Shown here: positions 38,010 through 47,753 of the stretch, one piece after another
Layout of the letters: the number at the start of each line of letters is the position of its first letter
Position numbering within the stretch: position 1 is the first letter of the stretch
Assembly (NCBI GenBank): GCA_963663965.2
Contig: CAXXFK010000023.1
Location: 50,351-114,350 of the forward strand
DNA length: 64,000 nt
Origin: Sedimentisphaerales bacterium
GTDB taxonomy: Bacteria > Planctomycetota > Phycisphaerae > Sedimentisphaerales > SM23-30
Direction of reading: 5' to 3'
Notes under the pieces: generated by a model
Databases searched by the model: none
Told to the model about the DNA's origin: nothing
Seen by the model: only the letters and a program-made list of their open reading frames with translations
Translations under genes and position numbers: made by a program

Positions 38010-40166
38010 TTATGGGCACTGGGGTACCGGAATGAAACCACAATCGAGCCATTGGCCGGCAAAATGTGCCAGGTCATATAAATCAACCAGGCAATCGGGT
38101 TCACCGTCCGGTCCGTTAATATCCATTGCCGGGCGGTTTACGCATATTTTTCCGCCGGCAATATCGGTATAAACGATTGCCACTTCGGTGGGACTCAGGG
38201 CATAATTCCAAATCCGCGCGTCATCAATTGTGCCATTAAATGGCGGGGTACTGACACCCGCTTTGGTGTTATTGGCTCCAAGTTTAATGGTGGCGTCTGA
38301 CAGGCTGATGGTGGTGCCGCCGGCGCTGGCAACGGGCTCGCCATTCTTATACAATACGGTTGCCGCGGGGCTGACTGAGACAAGCCAATGAGCCCAGGCG
38401 CCGGCATCGTCAATCGGGGCAGAAACACCAGCAACGCCAGGGCCGCCGAAGTTAACTGTATTAGAAGCAGTCACTTCATAGTACCAGCCTTCATAATTCT
38501 GCCCGGCATCGTCCTGATTTCGTTTGGTAATCAGTCCCTGATAGGCCCCATTGGCGCCGGCCCAGTTACACCAGATCGACAGGGTCATTTCGCCGGTCAT
38601 TTCTGTGGGCTCCCAGTCGTTGGCATCTGCCACAGCAAGGGGATCGATAGTGAGATCAAGGGCTTCAGCGGTCAGGGCGTTAAAACCGGGCGCGAACTGC
38701 GATGTGGCCGGGGCAACATCGGGTCTGGCGTGGTGGCCTTCGCCGCTGATATCCTGATAAAGGCCATTTTGATAATCATCCAAATCAAGCGTCCAATGCG
38801 CCACCAGGCGTTTAACGCCAAGATTGGCAGCATCTGAATCCACCGGGCCGCTTGAGTTTGCGACTTGACAGTAATAAGCGCCTTCGTCGGCAATTTTAAC
38901 ATTATTAATAGTAAGCGTGCTCATATAATCTGTTCCCAGATTATCCGTGCTAATAATAATATCCGGCCCGCTTAATTCTTCTGCCTGGCCGACCTTGAAC
39001 CATTTAGCGGTTGCAAGCGATTTGCTGGAGAATTCACAGATAAATATCGCGGGGTTGTCCGGGAAGGCTGAAGTATTGGCTGGGGCAGCGGTCACGGCAG
39101 GTATCGAGGGAAGCGCTTTGAATATCCAGAGCGGTCCATAAATATTATTGGGATCTCCTTTAGGCTTGCCGGACACCTGTTCTTCAACTGTCCAATAAAC
39201 AGTCTCATCCAAATCAAAATTATTAAAACTAACAGAAACACTGCTGTCGCCAGCCGCTACAAATTCATCAAGAAGAGAAACCGAAAGATTAGGATCGGAA
39301 TAAGCATTAACAAAATGACCTGTAACAGCAGGATTTATGCTTCCGACATTGGCGGGATCTTCGGCGGCATCAAAGGCGAGTTGAGTTAATACTGCCGGAT
39401 CAATTGCAATGGCGCCATTGGCAGGATTGGGATTATTGGGCAGCCAGTCGGGCGAAATAGCTGATGCGAAAATCTGGCCCCGGATGGAACCAAGGCCGCT
39501 ACCGATCAGGTTCGCCGCCTGGTTGGCATCCCAGAGGGCGCCCTGGCCCTGGCTGGTACTAGTCAGGCCGCCTAATTGGCCGGCATTAATTGTGGTGGAT
39601 CCTAAAAAGCTAACCGATTCGTCACCAGACAGATTCGCATTGCCCTTGGAGCCCGTTATCGAAAAAATCTTAATGCGATTATTTATACTGCAAACCAAAG
39701 CGCCGGTATTGGCATTATAAGAAGCATAAACTTCATTTTGAACACCGGCTTCAATCGGACCAATCGTTACTGCCGCAGCACGATCAGATACGTCGGTATC
39801 GTTAAGGCCGGTCTGTGTGTAGTCGTTACCTCCAGCGGCATTGGAGCCTTTCGTTGCAAATATGAGATTGCCGCCGGCCAGATACAAACCATTACCGTAA
39901 GTCGTGCCTCCAACCTCGATAATAATCACGGGGCCAATCGCCGTCAAGTCGGCCGGTTCAGCCGTGAAACGCGCCGCCAGCGTGATTTCGCCGCCCGTTT
40001 CAATCGCCGCAATATTGCCCGCCGCGCCGGTCTGGGGAGCGGTAATATTAATGCGCGCGGTGGCATCGTCTACAAACGGAACGATTTCACCGGCCTGGAG
40101 AGATGCCGCCAATAATACGAATATTAGCAGCAACAACCGTTGTTGTTCCAAGCCATTTCTTTTCAT
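38010..40166 (-). CDS. Secreted Ig + LamG protein with dockerin-like tail
   Basis: GGAGG RBS; PNPANGA, DEGAYYC (Ig), FNGTIDDARIWNYALS (LamG), DCLVDLYDL...WL. Confidence 0.85.
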   Translation of the reverse strand: MKRNGLEQQRLLLLIFVLLAASLQAGEIVPFVDDATARINITAPQTGAAGNIAAIETGGEITLAARFTAEPADLTAIGPVIIIEVGGTTYGNGLYLAGGNLIFATKGSNAAGGNDYTQTGLNDTDVSDRAAAVTIGPIEAGVQNEVYASYNANTGALVCSINNRIKIFSITGSKGNANLSGDESVSFLGSTTINAGQLGGLTSTSQGQGALWDANQAANLIGSGLGSIRGQIFASAISPDWLPNNPNPANGAIAIDPAVLTQLAFDAAEDPANVGSINPAVTGHFVNAYSDPNLSVSLLDEFVAAGDSSVSVSFNNFDLDETVYWTVEEQVSGKPKGDPNNIYGPLWIFKALPSIPAVTAAPANTSAFPDNPAIFICEFSSKSLATAKWFKVGQAEELSGPDIIISTDNLGTDYMSTLTINNVKIADEGAYYCQVANSSGPVDSDAANLGVKRLVAHWTLDLDDYQNGLYQDISGEGHHARPDVAPATSQFAPGFNALTAEALDLTIDPLAVADANDWEPTEMTGEMTLSIWCNWAGANGAYQGLITKRNQDDAGQNYEGWYYEVTASNTVNFGGPGVAGVSAPIDDAGAWAHWLVSVSPAATVLYKNGEPVASAGGTTISLSDATIKLGANNTKAGVSTPPFNGTIDDARIWNYALSPTEVAIVYTDIAGGKICVNRPAMDINGPDGEPDCLVDLYDLAHFAGQWLDCGFIPVPQCP

Positions 40167-40265
40167 TGTAGATCCTCCGAGAAAAAAGAGTAAATAACCG
40201 AGAAATATATTGAGTATTCCATAAAAATCCATGCCAGACGGTCCGGCAGGCCATAACAAACGATT

Positions 40266-42011
40266 TTATTCCAGAACTAAATATGGTTGAGCAAATATGC
40301 ACCAATCATTAAAAGAGTGGCGGCCATTTTTGCCCATGGGGGTTCCTTCGCCGCCATCCGTTGTCACTAAAGAAAGAAATCGATCATCGGGCGCTAAAGA
40401 AATGTCAATATTGCCAACCTGACTTATCCGGGCTTGTTTTTTGACATAACGGATCTGGCCGTCTACCAGCACCCAGAAATCAGCACACCCGGCGACCTCT
40501 TCGGGATTGGGGTAATCTTCAGCAATTCCGCAAAGGGACTGGAAGCGGGCAATATTGAAATTGCTATAGGCCTGGCGGATGGCGCCCAGATCAAAAGTGA
40601 TGCCGGCATTCGCATGCATGAACAAGGCGGGGTGAGCGGGAACGCCATAGATGACATTATTCATCTTGATTGGGCGACCAATAATCTTCTCAACATTAAT
40701 AACACCCCCCCAGCCGGTTCCAGAGGTCAGAGGCGCCTCGATAAATTGATGGCCCTGCGTGCTGATTTGTACTGGGGCCTGATTGCCATCCGGGATGAAC
40801 ACGCCATCGATAAAGCCATTGCCGGCCACATTATGAAAAGCATTATCCCCGTGAATGCTAATGAGATCCAATTCGTCTTTATAAGGATTCACCCATTGGT
40901 CGGCAATTGGATTTTGGAGCAGTCTTATCCCGGTAAGCGTATTGATACATGCTCCCGCCTGGCCCGTTCCCAGCCCATTGCCGCCGCCGACAATATCAGC
41001 CAGATTAATCGTTTTTTGCCCGTGCCACACCAATTTCGATTTTGAGTTCATGCCCTGAACAAATGAATTATCAGCAAGCTGAATTTCATGAACAGAGGCA
41101 TTATCACCATCGATCTCTCTGGCTCTTCCGGCCAATACATCGCAGGTGGTTTTTTTGCCGCGATAGAGCCCGGCAATCAACATTGTTTTGCCTTTAAAAA
41201 CATGCAGTTGCGTTTTATTGGTATCATCAACCAACACGCCAAATTCGGTTCCCAGATCAATTATCTGAGAGTTAAGGGTGTTGACAGTAAAGCCCTTTCC
41301 CTCTGGCTGAACTTTAACATAACAGCGCCCTTGTGACATGGTCAATTCCCGGGCCGTTACCAGCTCATATATCGCCGGCCCTTCGATTAAGACTTCGGCG
41401 CCATGATCGAACTGTATCTTTACAATACCCTCCATAATGCGGTAACGATCCTGAACCATACTACCACTGTCCCGTGGGACTCGATAAGCATCATCCCATT
41501 TTACATTCATTTGATCGGCCAGATGCGCCACCACCTGTCGGGGTTGTATCGCACTTTCTCTCATAATCCAGCGATCCAGCCATAAAATAGACAGACAAAG
41601 TATTACTACAGCCGCCGCTTTCAGCGCGAAACGGCGCCCATCGGCCAAAGTTAATTGCCGACGCCGCAGTACTTCTTTTTGATAATCGGATATTTGCTCT
41701 CCATCGCCTTCTTCCTGGCCCAGGGCTTTACGAATGGCGGATTCTGTCAGGTCCGCTTCAACAACTTGCTGAAAATAATTTTGTCGTTCATTTTCAAGCA
41801 ACCGGACCTGATTTTTGTCAACAGAATCGATATTGCCAATCTCCTGCAGGGCCAAGGTTATGTTGAGCAGCCTATAATATTGGCGGCGCGCTTCTGGATT
41901 ATTAGCAATGAAATGATTAAGCCGCTGCGCTTCTTCAGTCTGGATATCGCCATTAAACGCTTTCATTAACAATGTGTCGAATTCGAATTGTTCCCTGCGC
42001 TGTTTGGTCAT
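40266..42011 (-). CDS. FecR-domain anti-sigma factor with C-terminal NPCBM/NEW2-like domain
   Basis: EVLIEGPA, IIDLGTEFGV, LHVFKG; MHANAGITFDL, DRFLSLVTTDG; ATGA overlap with the sigma gene. Confidence 0.88.
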   Translation of the reverse strand: MTKQRREQFEFDTLLMKAFNGDIQTEEAQRLNHFIANNPEARRQYYRLLNITLALQEIGNIDSVDKNQVRLLENERQNYFQQVVEADLTESAIRKALGQEEGDGEQISDYQKEVLRRRQLTLADGRRFALKAAAVVILCLSILWLDRWIMRESAIQPRQVVAHLADQMNVKWDDAYRVPRDSGSMVQDRYRIMEGIVKIQFDHGAEVLIEGPAIYELVTARELTMSQGRCYVKVQPEGKGFTVNTLNSQIIDLGTEFGVLVDDTNKTQLHVFKGKTMLIAGLYRGKKTTCDVLAGRAREIDGDNASVHEIQLADNSFVQGMNSKSKLVWHGQKTINLADIVGGGNGLGTGQAGACINTLTGIRLLQNPIADQWVNPYKDELDLISIHGDNAFHNVAGNGFIDGVFIPDGNQAPVQISTQGHQFIEAPLTSGTGWGGVINVEKIIGRPIKMNNVIYGVPAHPALFMHANAGITFDLGAIRQAYSNFNIARFQSLCGIAEDYPNPEEVAGCADFWVLVDGQIRYVKKQARISQVGNIDISLAPDDRFLSLVTTDGGEGTPMGKNGRHSFNDWCIFAQPYLVLE

Positions 42012-42556
42012 ATTCGCTCCTCGGCTGAAACCTGGCGGTCAATACACTGCTGGAGTTGGTTCTGGATGCGAGCCAGACTGCGATAGACACTTTGGGTTTT
42101 ACGGCCAATTCGCTCGGCAATTTCTCTAATCTTAATATTTTGAAAATATTTCAACTGGATCAGATCCAGGTCGGGCCGCGCAACCTTTCGCAGGCAGTCG
42201 CGCAACAGGCTTAGATAATGATCGGTAATCTGGATATCGGACTGGGATTGGCTATCAATCTGGATTTCTTCAATGGTTTGATCATCAAACAGCACAATCC
42301 TGTCGCGGGCATTGCGTCGACGAAATTCTTTAACACGATAAAAAGCGACCGCCCGGGCCCAGGCAAGAAAATCTGTGCCAGATTCATACTGGTCAAATTT
42401 TTCCCACAGAAACCTGGAGGTTTCCTGCAGGATATCGTCCGCATCGCTAAAGTTGGCCACCAAACTCAAAATATACGCGTAAATCTTTCTTTGATTGGCG
42501 CTTAACAACTGAACATATTCATTGAGTCGATTCGTTTGTTGTTGAAAATCATTCAT
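42008..42556 (-). CDS. ECF sigma-70 factor (PVC-type)
   Basis: IYAYILSLV...ADDILQET..LWEKF...GTDFLAWA; SVYRSLARI. Confidence 0.95.
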   Translation of the reverse strand: MNDFQQQTNRLNEYVQLLSANQRKIYAYILSLVANFSDADDILQETSRFLWEKFDQYESGTDFLAWARAVAFYRVKEFRRRNARDRIVLFDDQTIEEIQIDSQSQSDIQITDHYLSLLRDCLRKVARPDLDLIQLKYFQNIKIREIAERIGRKTQSVYRSLARIQNQLQQCIDRQVSAEERI

Positions 42557-43043
42557 TTAAATACCATATTTTTCGTATAACTTACCTGTAATAGCTAAGG
42601 CCATTGCCTCAGGAAAAAACAACATCAAAAATTATATTCCTAATAACTCTATTGTTATTTCATATTTTAAACCTTAAGTTTCAGTGCAACCAGAATACCC
42701 TTTCAAGAATAGCCCGCGTTGTGTATCACATAATTCTGACACGTTTTCGGTACTGAAACCATTCAACTCTGGACTTTGGCGATGATTATCCGGTCATCGC
42801 CAATAATTTAAGAACACACATTTGAGTTTATTTCTCATTAAGCGTTCGTAATTTATTATAAAAATAGACGTTATAAGCATATTTCATGTAATTGGGTTCG
42901 TTTGGATTGGACCTGGTTCTGAGCTATATTGTCGGCATCCAGGACAAGATTAACAACGACTAATGTTAATTTGGATAAGATTGGGTTCGTTTGGATACGG
43001 GCATGGGGGAAATGCAAATGCATACAGATACACGAATCCCAAT

Positions 43044-43077
43044 AAAAAACCCTGTTGATTGGACTCAACAGGGTTTT
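43044..43077 (-). terminator. Intrinsic terminator after the FAD oxidoreductase gene
   Basis: AAAACCCTGTTGA / TCAACAGGGTTTT stem with a T-tract on the minus strand. Confidence 0.8.
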
Positions 43078-43109
43078 GTTATTAAAAGAATTAAATGACT
43101 ATCAAAAGT

Positions 43110-45338
43110 TCAACTATGGGTTAGGGTCACAAGCCACTGACGAGTCATTTCATAGAGGTCGTATAGATTGACATAACAATCCGGGCGGCCATTGGGACCG
43201 GTCAGATCGGCGGCCAAGCCCAGGCCGGCGGCAATAATATCATCACAGGAAGTCACCTCTGGTTTTACCGGGGCGACAACAATCGCATCAACGATGACAT
43301 AACCATCCGTATTTTTATTAGATATGAGCAGGGAGCCGCTGCCTTCCGAAAAGGAATATCGGCCCAGCAAATTCCATTTTGCGCCATTCGATCGTTGATT
43401 AACAGAAAAAACCGCCTGTCCGCCATCATGATTAATAATGATCGGAACATTCGATGCGCGATTGTCGTGGGCCGTCCAGCGGACATAAATGTCATACTGG
43501 CCCGCCTGATCCATATTAAAGGCAAAAGTGACGGACTTGCTTCCCTTACCAGCATTTCCATCGTGAAAATAATTTACTCCGGCATAACCCGGCGTACTGC
43601 TGCTACTGGTCCAGTCGCCGGTGAAATTAACCTGGGCGGCGTTTTCCGAATCGATGATTGTGCCCTCGATATCTTCCACATCCAGATCCCAATAGATCCG
43701 CTGGCCGCGCTGCTGGAGAGTGGTTTTTAATTGTTGATAATCAACCGTTTGCAAATCGGCCTTACCGGTGGTCAGCGCCTGCTTAATGGCTACTGCCGAG
43801 GATTGGGCAAGGATCATAAAGACCGGCTCCATGCGGACCGAGCCATAGGCAATATGTGAAGCGGAAACACAAACCGGCACCGCCAGATTGGAGCATTCGC
43901 CCTGGCGCGGCACAATCGCGCGGTAACTCAGACGATAAGGCGCGCTGTTGCCAATTTGAACATCGCCATCGTTTTTAACATATCCTGAGCGGGTCACAAA
44001 TCGGAAGCAGTTGTGGGAATCCATACCATAAGAGGCCAGCCCAACCGTATCGGCAGCTTTGGTTCGGCCGACAAAATCGTTTTCAGTAATTACATAATCA
44101 GAAACCATTCGGCGTGCCTCCCGGACATAAAGCTGGCAGGGCCAGTTATTGGTTTCGGTAAATTCATCGCCGGCCAATCCCCATATTTTCATTTTCGTTT
44201 GGATCGTGGGGGCGATCTGGGCTACGGCCGGATCGTTGCTGACGAACCACCAGTATCCCTGCATATAGGTAATGTGGCGCTGGAAGAGTTCTTCGCGAAC
44301 CTGATAGCTGCCTTCCGGCCAGTCAAAGTTCTGGCCGATAAAGTCGGATGACACAGCGCCATGATTGTTGGTGTCGGTCTTGCCGCCCTGGATACGATCG
44401 AATTTGTTAAAGAAATTATCGAATTCGGTGCCATAGCCAGCCTTAAGGTAGCGTTCCAGCAGCACATACCAGCTCCGGTCATAATCGGCTGGCTTGGGGA
44501 AAGGTATCCGGTTGGAGGCGACATCGGTCATACAAACCCGAAAATTATAAGCCTGGATTCGATGGTCGCCCTGACCGTTAACGGGGATCTCTGTTTCGAT
44601 TCCGGGCAACAATCCGCTGGCTGGATCACCTTCAACGACATAAGGGCTGACATCCCGCATAAACTGGTGTTTGTCTCGCACCTGCTGGCCATTGCCGGTT
44701 TCATTATAAGCGGCATTGCTTTCACGGCCGGTCGTATACGTTACCCCGGCAGCCGCCATTAAATCTCCTTCGTAAGTGGCGTCGATAAAATAATCCGCCT
44801 GGATCGTCAGGCCATTTTCCGTACGAATTCGAACGATCCGGTTATTCGACATAACGATACCGCCCGGACTGCGGTCCAAATAGGCTTTGAAATAGACGGC
44901 TACGCCGGCCTCCTGCACCATATCCTGAAAGACTGCCAATGCCACCGAGGGCTCGAAGGCCCAATTTTCGCTCTGGCCATATTTGGCCCCTACCCGCTGA
45001 TAGAACTCCCGCGAGATGCCCTGGACCGCGTCTTTTCTGCCAAAATCCGTCCAGCCCAAACCGCCCGCACTCAGGCCGCCCAGCCGGATACCGGGATGGA
45101 TAATTACGGAATCGACGCCCAACCGACTGAGTTCCAATGCGGCCACAACACCGGCTGAAGTGCCGCCATAAATACAGACCCCGGTGGAAATCGTCTTATT
45201 TAGATTTTCCGTTGGCGGGAAATAGTAATGAAGTAAATTCTCGGCGCGGGTAACCGTCTGCATCCCGGTTACCAACAAACAAACGCTAAAAATCAAAAAA
45301 TGAAGTTTGTTAATCGTAAGGGTCCTGCGCATATTCAA
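43110..45338 (-). CDS. Secreted FAD-dependent oxidoreductase with golvesin/xanthan-lyase-type CBM and dockerin-like tail
   Basis: IYGGTSAG, FIDATYEGDL, IQAYNFR, YVREARRM, SASHIAYGSVRMEP; NRASNVP..VNQRSNG..W. Confidence 0.9.
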   Translation of the reverse strand: MNMRRTLTINKLHFLIFSVCLLVTGMQTVTRAENLLHYYFPPTENLNKTISTGVCIYGGTSAGVVAALELSRLGVDSVIIHPGIRLGGLSAGGLGWTDFGRKDAVQGISREFYQRVGAKYGQSENWAFEPSVALAVFQDMVQEAGVAVYFKAYLDRSPGGIVMSNNRIVRIRTENGLTIQADYFIDATYEGDLMAAAGVTYTTGRESNAAYNETGNGQQVRDKHQFMRDVSPYVVEGDPASGLLPGIETEIPVNGQGDHRIQAYNFRVCMTDVASNRIPFPKPADYDRSWYVLLERYLKAGYGTEFDNFFNKFDRIQGGKTDTNNHGAVSSDFIGQNFDWPEGSYQVREELFQRHITYMQGYWWFVSNDPAVAQIAPTIQTKMKIWGLAGDEFTETNNWPCQLYVREARRMVSDYVITENDFVGRTKAADTVGLASYGMDSHNCFRFVTRSGYVKNDGDVQIGNSAPYRLSYRAIVPRQGECSNLAVPVCVSASHIAYGSVRMEPVFMILAQSSAVAIKQALTTGKADLQTVDYQQLKTTLQQRGQRIYWDLDVEDIEGTIIDSENAAQVNFTGDWTSSSSTPGYAGVNYFHDGNAGKGSKSVTFAFNMDQAGQYDIYVRWTAHDNRASNVPIIINHDGGQAVFSVNQRSNGAKWNLLGRYSFSEGSGSLLISNKNTDGYVIVDAIVVAPVKPEVTSCDDIIAAGLGLAADLTGPNGRPDCYVNLYDLYEMTRQWLVTLTHS

Positions 45339-45370
45339 TCCTCATTACTAGATCGGGTTCGGAAAAAGAT

Positions 45371-45405
45371 TCAAACCGGCCCCTGAGATATCGGGGCCGG
45401 TTTGA
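45371..45405 (-). terminator. Intergenic stem-loop (terminator or mRNA stabiliser)
   Basis: TCAAACCGGCCCC / GGGGCCGGTTTGA 13-bp stem. Confidence 0.65.
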
Positions 45406-45432
45406 GCATATAATTTATAACATTTTATACTA

Positions 45433-47592
45433 TTACGGAAGCTGTATGCAAGCTTCGCCTTCGGGATCATTGCATAGCAGCCATTGGGTGGCCATAACCG
45501 CCAGATCGTACAGGTTAACCGCACAGTCCGGCATGCCTTCGGGGCCGGTCAGATCAGCACTCAAAGTGGGATTAAGATAGCGGCCGGTTACGTCATTGAA
45601 CACAAGCAGGTCTTCACAGACCGCTTCGTTCAGGGCAATAACGACTTCGTCATAGATATCTCCATCTAATCCGGCAGTGCCGTCATTGACAGTTAAACGC
45701 AACGTATAAACCCCGGATTGCAGGAAAGTTGCAGTCGTGGCAATGGCATTGGCATTACCGAAAGTTACATTGGCCGCCTGTTCAGGGTCGGCAACTGACC
45801 AAACAGCCCCAATAGTGTCATCAAGATTGATATCCATAACGACCGCATTTAAATCGACCGTATCTTCAAATTGAATAATTAAGTCGGTTGGAATCTCCGG
45901 ATCGATTGCGACACGGGGTATGGCGTTTACACCCATTTGAACAAGACCGGCGATTTGATCCGGCGTCAGGGCATAGCTATAAACCCGGATATCATCCGCA
46001 CTGCCCCGAAGGCGATGATTTGACATGTCTCTTCGGTTGCCGATGGCGATGCGGGAAGCAAGGCTTTCAGTAATCAGACCTTCTGCGGCCAACCGGGCAT
46101 CCTCAACGCCATCAACATAAAGCACAATTTCTGCGCCATTAAAAGTCCCAGCCAGATGATGCCAGTATCCATCCTGAATGCTGGTCGTGCCGATGGCCCA
46201 CATCGCAGTACCGTCGACACTTACCACAAATTCTGCCGAATCGCGACCTTCGCCTTTTCTTAATACCCAGTCAAATGGATTCGAGCGACCGATCAGGGTC
46301 TGGTAACCGGTGATCTCCGGATCGGTCTTGATCCAGCCAGCCACGGTTATTTCCCATTGCAGATCGGCAAAATTGGGTTCTTGAATTAACACATCATTAA
46401 CATCAACGATTCCATTGCCGAGGAATTGCAGCGCGCCAGAATCGACCCAGCCATCAATCCATTGGGGCATGGCATTGGGATCGTTGACATCCAATTCCGC
46501 CAGATAGCCATTATCGGCGACGGTATTGCCGGCATCGCCATCCAACATATCGGCCGCCAGCGTTTCCTGGGGATCATCTTCAAATCCCCAATGTCCCAGC
46601 AATTTATCATCGAGCGAAGGGTCTTTGACGCGAATGGTTATGCTATCTTCGCCGGCCTTGCCATCCTGATCTGTAACCATCAGTTTAAGCACATATTCTC
46701 CGCGACCACCGATAAAGATTATCCCGGCGTCCAGATCGTTCTGGGTTTCACCCGGATTCGAACTGAAGTTGATCGCCGGCCCGCCAACCTGCGTCCAAAG
46801 TGCGGTAAGTTCTTCCCGAGGTGTGTCGGTATTGGTAACAACCGGCGCCATCGTCATCGTGTTGTCCGGCAATGCTACGATCGCATTGAACCCCAGATCG
46901 ACAACCGGCAAGAATGGATTCTGTTGGGAATAAACTTCCAGATTATCCACCAGAATTCTCGTTGCGCCACGGCTTAAATCAAAATTGAAGGTATTAAAAG
47001 AAGTAAACGAACGGCTTTGGTAATGGTTTAAACCCGTTTTTTCCAGAACCACCGTTCCAGTATTTAAATCTGTGATCGCCAAGGTATATTCGCTCAAGAA
47101 GGTCCCTTCCAGAACGATCCGATACGGATTAATGACATCGCTGTTAAAATCGCTGGCAGTCATCACGCCGGAGGAATCAACCGCCACCCAGGCGCTGCCA
47201 TTATAAAGAGAAATTGAACCGCCTTCATATCTGAGATTCATAACAGACCCATAACTGCTACCTGACGCATTCTGGATATTAAGATTAATATCGCGGCCGG
47301 TAGGGGCATCTTCAAAAGCGATATCAAAGCTGATGTAAAAATAACCTGATACCGGTTCTGTGGATATCTGCCGGAAGTAATGTTGGCTGGATTGATTGTC
47401 GGCAACCGCCGTCAACAGCGCCGAAGTGGAGCCATTTAACTGGGTAGACGTCGCGATCGTCACGTTTCCCCTGGCCCAATTGTCGGGCATTCCCGCCGTC
47501 CACAATTCCAAGTCGCTGTTCTGAATAACCAGCGCCGCCTGTGTCAGCGCGGGCAGCAATAAACACACGGATAATAATTTTATCATTCTCAT
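45433..47592 (-). CDS. Secreted PKD + LamG protein with dockerin-like tail
   Basis: AAGGA RBS; WTQVGGP, WHHLAGTFNG, DDIRVYSYAL, GVYTLRLTVND, DCAVNLYDL...WL. Confidence 0.85.
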   Translation of the reverse strand: MRMIKLLSVCLLLPALTQAALVIQNSDLELWTAGMPDNWARGNVTIATSTQLNGSTSALLTAVADNQSSQHYFRQISTEPVSGYFYISFDIAFEDAPTGRDINLNIQNASGSSYGSVMNLRYEGGSISLYNGSAWVAVDSSGVMTASDFNSDVINPYRIVLEGTFLSEYTLAITDLNTGTVVLEKTGLNHYQSRSFTSFNTFNFDLSRGATRILVDNLEVYSQQNPFLPVVDLGFNAIVALPDNTMTMAPVVTNTDTPREELTALWTQVGGPAINFSSNPGETQNDLDAGIIFIGGRGEYVLKLMVTDQDGKAGEDSITIRVKDPSLDDKLLGHWGFEDDPQETLAADMLDGDAGNTVADNGYLAELDVNDPNAMPQWIDGWVDSGALQFLGNGIVDVNDVLIQEPNFADLQWEITVAGWIKTDPEITGYQTLIGRSNPFDWVLRKGEGRDSAEFVVSVDGTAMWAIGTTSIQDGYWHHLAGTFNGAEIVLYVDGVEDARLAAEGLITESLASRIAIGNRRDMSNHRLRGSADDIRVYSYALTPDQIAGLVQMGVNAIPRVAIDPEIPTDLIIQFEDTVDLNAVVMDINLDDTIGAVWSVADPEQAANVTFGNANAIATTATFLQSGVYTLRLTVNDGTAGLDGDIYDEVVIALNEAVCEDLLVFNDVTGRYLNPTLSADLTGPEGMPDCAVNLYDLAVMATQWLLCNDPEGEACIQLP

Positions 47593-47753
47593 AACTTTTT
47601 CCTTTCTTTGTAACGGCATTAAGAGCGTTTTTTGTGTATCGGGCAACGCGCCCATACCTTCATAGATTCAAACTGGAAATTTCAGGCCAAACAACAGCCC
47701 TAACTTATTATCCTCGGGCGCCAGTTCATCGCGACGATTTCACTGGCGGCGCC

